From: a virus
UHGV virus genome: UHGV-0135626
DNA length: 36,007 nucleotides
Strand: one strand, 5' to 3'
Shown: positions 34,325-36,007 of the stretch, in pieces
How positions within the stretch are numbered: the first letter of the stretch is position 1
How the letters are laid out: every line of letters begins with the position of its first letter
Position numbers and translations under genes: made by a program
Notes under the pieces: model-generated
Database searches by the model: none
Told to the model about the DNA's origin: nothing
The model's input: only the letters and a program-made list of their open reading frames with translations

Positions 34325-34603
34325 TCTCCTCTGTTCAAACTGAGTTTTCGACTCAAAAATTACTTTAAAAGGCTATAGCCCATTACGTGTGCATTATCAA
34401 ATTGTGTACGGCATATCACCGTACTTGTAATATAGAGGTCATTGTTACTTTTTTCAACAGACAAATACAAGCTATGATTGCCAATTGTTAACCACAACCT
34501 ACCATTTAACCTTTACACCGCAGCCGTAGGCATTTAGGCTATATCACATATAAGAAAACAAGTTGTTTCAGACGATAATTATATACGCAAAGGGAACTCT
34601 CCA
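34325..34603. promoter_or_regulatory. Divergent control region between the toxin-antitoxin operon and parA; candidate operators or centromere
   Basis: 279-bp non-coding gap holding palindrome GGCTATAGCC (34371-34380), inverted repeat GTACGG-N7-CCGTAC (34406-34424) and near-palindrome AAACAAgTTGTTT (34556-34568) about 35 bp before parA. Confidence 0.45.
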
Positions 34604-35272
34604 ATGACCAAGATCTTTGTGGTTGGCGGCACAAAGGGCGGGCCTGGCAAATCCACCGTTGCCCAGCAAATTGCCGTTTGCCTGAAAGTCAAAAAGAAGA
34701 AGAAGGTTTATATTACCGATATAGATATTCAGCGCACGACAACGAGCTGGTGTGAAGACCGTCGACAGAACGAAGACCTTGAGCTGATTCCTTTTGCATA
34801 CGTTCAGGATGACATCATTAAGCACCTAAAATCGCTTCAGGGTAGAGCTGAGTTTGTAGTGGTAGATGCTGGTGGCTTCGACTCCGAAATTCAGCGACAA
34901 GCGATGCTGATGGCTGACGTTATCATTATCCCGCTGCGTCCTAAGCGTCGTGATTTGAAATCTTTACGTGACATCGATCCTATTATCGACAATGTTCGCA
35001 ATGTAAACGATAAAGTGAAGGTCCGCGCGGTCATGAACCAGTGCCCGGCTTTGCCATCACAAGTGTCTCGCATTCTGGCGGCTAAAGAGATTGTTGAGAC
35101 GTTTGGAATCGAGTCTGCGCCAGTCAATCTATATAACCGCAACGTCTATGATGATGCGGAAGAGTCTGGTCGTTCTATCTTTGAAATGACCGGTAGCGAG
35201 CGCGACAAAAAGGCGGAAGCCGAGTTTGAAGAATTTGTAGATTATCTGTTGAGTCTGGAGGAAGAAGAATAA
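34604..35272 (+). CDS. parA: ParA-family partition ATPase (small type Ib form)
   Basis: 222 aa with deviant Walker A GGTKGGPGKST at the N-terminus and no N-terminal HTH extension. SD AAAGGGAA; TAATG overlap with the next gene. Confidence 0.85.
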   Translation: MTKIFVVGGTKGGPGKSTVAQQIAVCLKVKKKKKVYITDIDIQRTTTSWCEDRRQNEDLELIPFAYVQDDIIKHLKSLQGRAEFVVVDAGGFDSEIQRQAMLMADVIIIPLRPKRRDLKSLRDIDPIIDNVRNVNDKVKVRAVMNQCPALPSQVSRILAAKEIVETFGIESAPVNLYNRNVYDDAEESGRSIFEMTGSERDKKAEAEFEEFVDYLLSLEEEE

Positions 35273-35631
35273 TGTCCATGAAAATGGGTGACCTAGCAAA
35301 GCGCAAAGAGCCTGATGCACCGGCTAAGAACACAACTCCTTTGCGCCAACCAGTCAGACCACAAGGACGCCCGACTCGTGGCAAAGAGAAAATTAAAAGC
35401 CGCACTATGTCACTGGAAGACGAATACTTCGAGCTTCTGGAAATGATGAAGTTTATCCCTCGTTTCGAGAAGTTCACCCGCTCTGATGTGATTCGTGCTG
35501 CTATTTTCCATCTGGCAGAGAAGTCACCGCAGGAAATCGAGGACATCGTAAAGCTGAACGAGGCGATCACAGCTGCCGATGTCACGATGCGTACCGATGA
35601 AATTAAACGCGAGTTGATGAAGAAAGGTTAA
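35272..35631 (+). CDS. Small RHH-type centromere-binding partition protein (ParG-like)
   Basis: 119 aa, translationally coupled to parA. Basic, probably disordered N-terminus and a C-terminal ribbon-helix-helix-like region. Confidence 0.65.
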   Translation: MSMKMGDLAKRKEPDAPAKNTTPLRQPVRPQGRPTRGKEKIKSRTMSLEDEYFELLEMMKFIPRFEKFTRSDVIRAAIFHLAEKSPQEIEDIVKLNEAITAADVTMRTDEIKRELMKKG

Positions 35632-35632
35632 T

Positions 35633-35661
35633 AATGTGGGCTGTCTAGCCCACATTATTTT
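35633..35661 (+). terminator. Rho-independent terminator after the partition operon
   Basis: AATGTGGGCT-gtct-AGCCCACATT (10-bp stem) followed by ATTTTAATT. Confidence 0.7.
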
Positions 35662-35682
35662 AATTAAAGTGGAGTGATAATT

Positions 35683-36007
35683 ATGCATTCGTTAGTATTT
35701 GCATTTAAAAACATACTCAAGAATGTTATAAACATACTAGGGATGTTAAATATTTTTTTGTCTGTGAGGGTGAGGAGAAAAGATATAAAAGATAAATTAA
35801 AGGAACTTAACAAAGAAAAAGAACAATTAAAAAGCGAAGAAATTATTATTGATTTATACAAGAAAAAACTCGCATCTAGCAAGGGGAAAGCTAATAATAA
35901 AATCAAAGGAAAAATAATTCACTATATTATTGCTAGAGAGTTGGGGAATGATCCTGATAATGAAGATTTGCGACATAATCTTTTTACAAAGATAAAAGAA
36001 TCAGAAG
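35683..36007 (+). CDS. Partial CDS (5' end) of an AT-rich gene: N-terminal hydrophobic segment then Lys/Glu-rich helical region
   Basis: Open frame from ATG 35683 to the window end (at least 108 codons, no stop), SD GGAG 8 nt upstream. Not in the ORF track because it is truncated. GC content far below the window average. Confidence 0.5.
   Translation, partial: MHSLVFAFKNILKNVINILGMLNIFLSVRVRRKDIKDKLKELNKEKEQLKSEEIIIDLYKKKLASSKGKANNKIKGKIIHYIIARELGNDPDNEDLRHNLFTKIKESE

Noticed and set aside
35664-35906. Minus-strand 80-aa ORF from the track in the AT-rich terminal region
   Set aside because: It is antisense to a better-supported plus-strand gene starting at 35683 with a GGAG Shine-Dalgarno; its product is a low-complexity hydrophobic string typical of AT-rich antisense frames.

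Overview
The window reads as a tailed-phage genome segment with plasmid-type maintenance genes, i.e. a probable phage-plasmid or prophage of the lambda-like siphovirus type. All calls are from reading the sequence and the supplied ORF track; no database search or computation was run, so protein families are motif-level calls. Layout from start to end: (1) a minus-strand operon with an SF2 helicase and two small proteins (144-2616); (2) a translationally coupled plus-strand operon of two ParB/Srx-like proteins, a stand-alone ABC ATPase, a GNAT-like protein and a small putative winged-helix protein (2681-5872), which is the best candidate for an undescribed system; (3) packaging and head genes (terS, terL, portal, scaffold, major capsid, Ig-like decoration protein; 6069-12362); (4) connector and lambda-like tail genes (major tail protein, G/GT chaperone pair with an expected -1 frameshift, tape measure, M/L/K/I/J-like proteins; 12407-27766); (5) two tail fibre genes with repeats and a C-terminal self-cleaving chaperone domain (27860-31527); (6) a lysis region ending in overlapping Rz/Rz1 spanins (31570-33454); (7) a GNAT/DUF1778 type II toxin-antitoxin pair and a type Ib ParA/RHH partition pair (33487-35631); (8) an AT-rich partial gene running off the window end. 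Several intergenic regions carry TAAGTA / TAGGTA palindromes, and a 13-bp near-palindrome AAACAAgTTGTTT occurs upstream of both terS and parA. No CRISPR array, rRNA or tRNA was seen.
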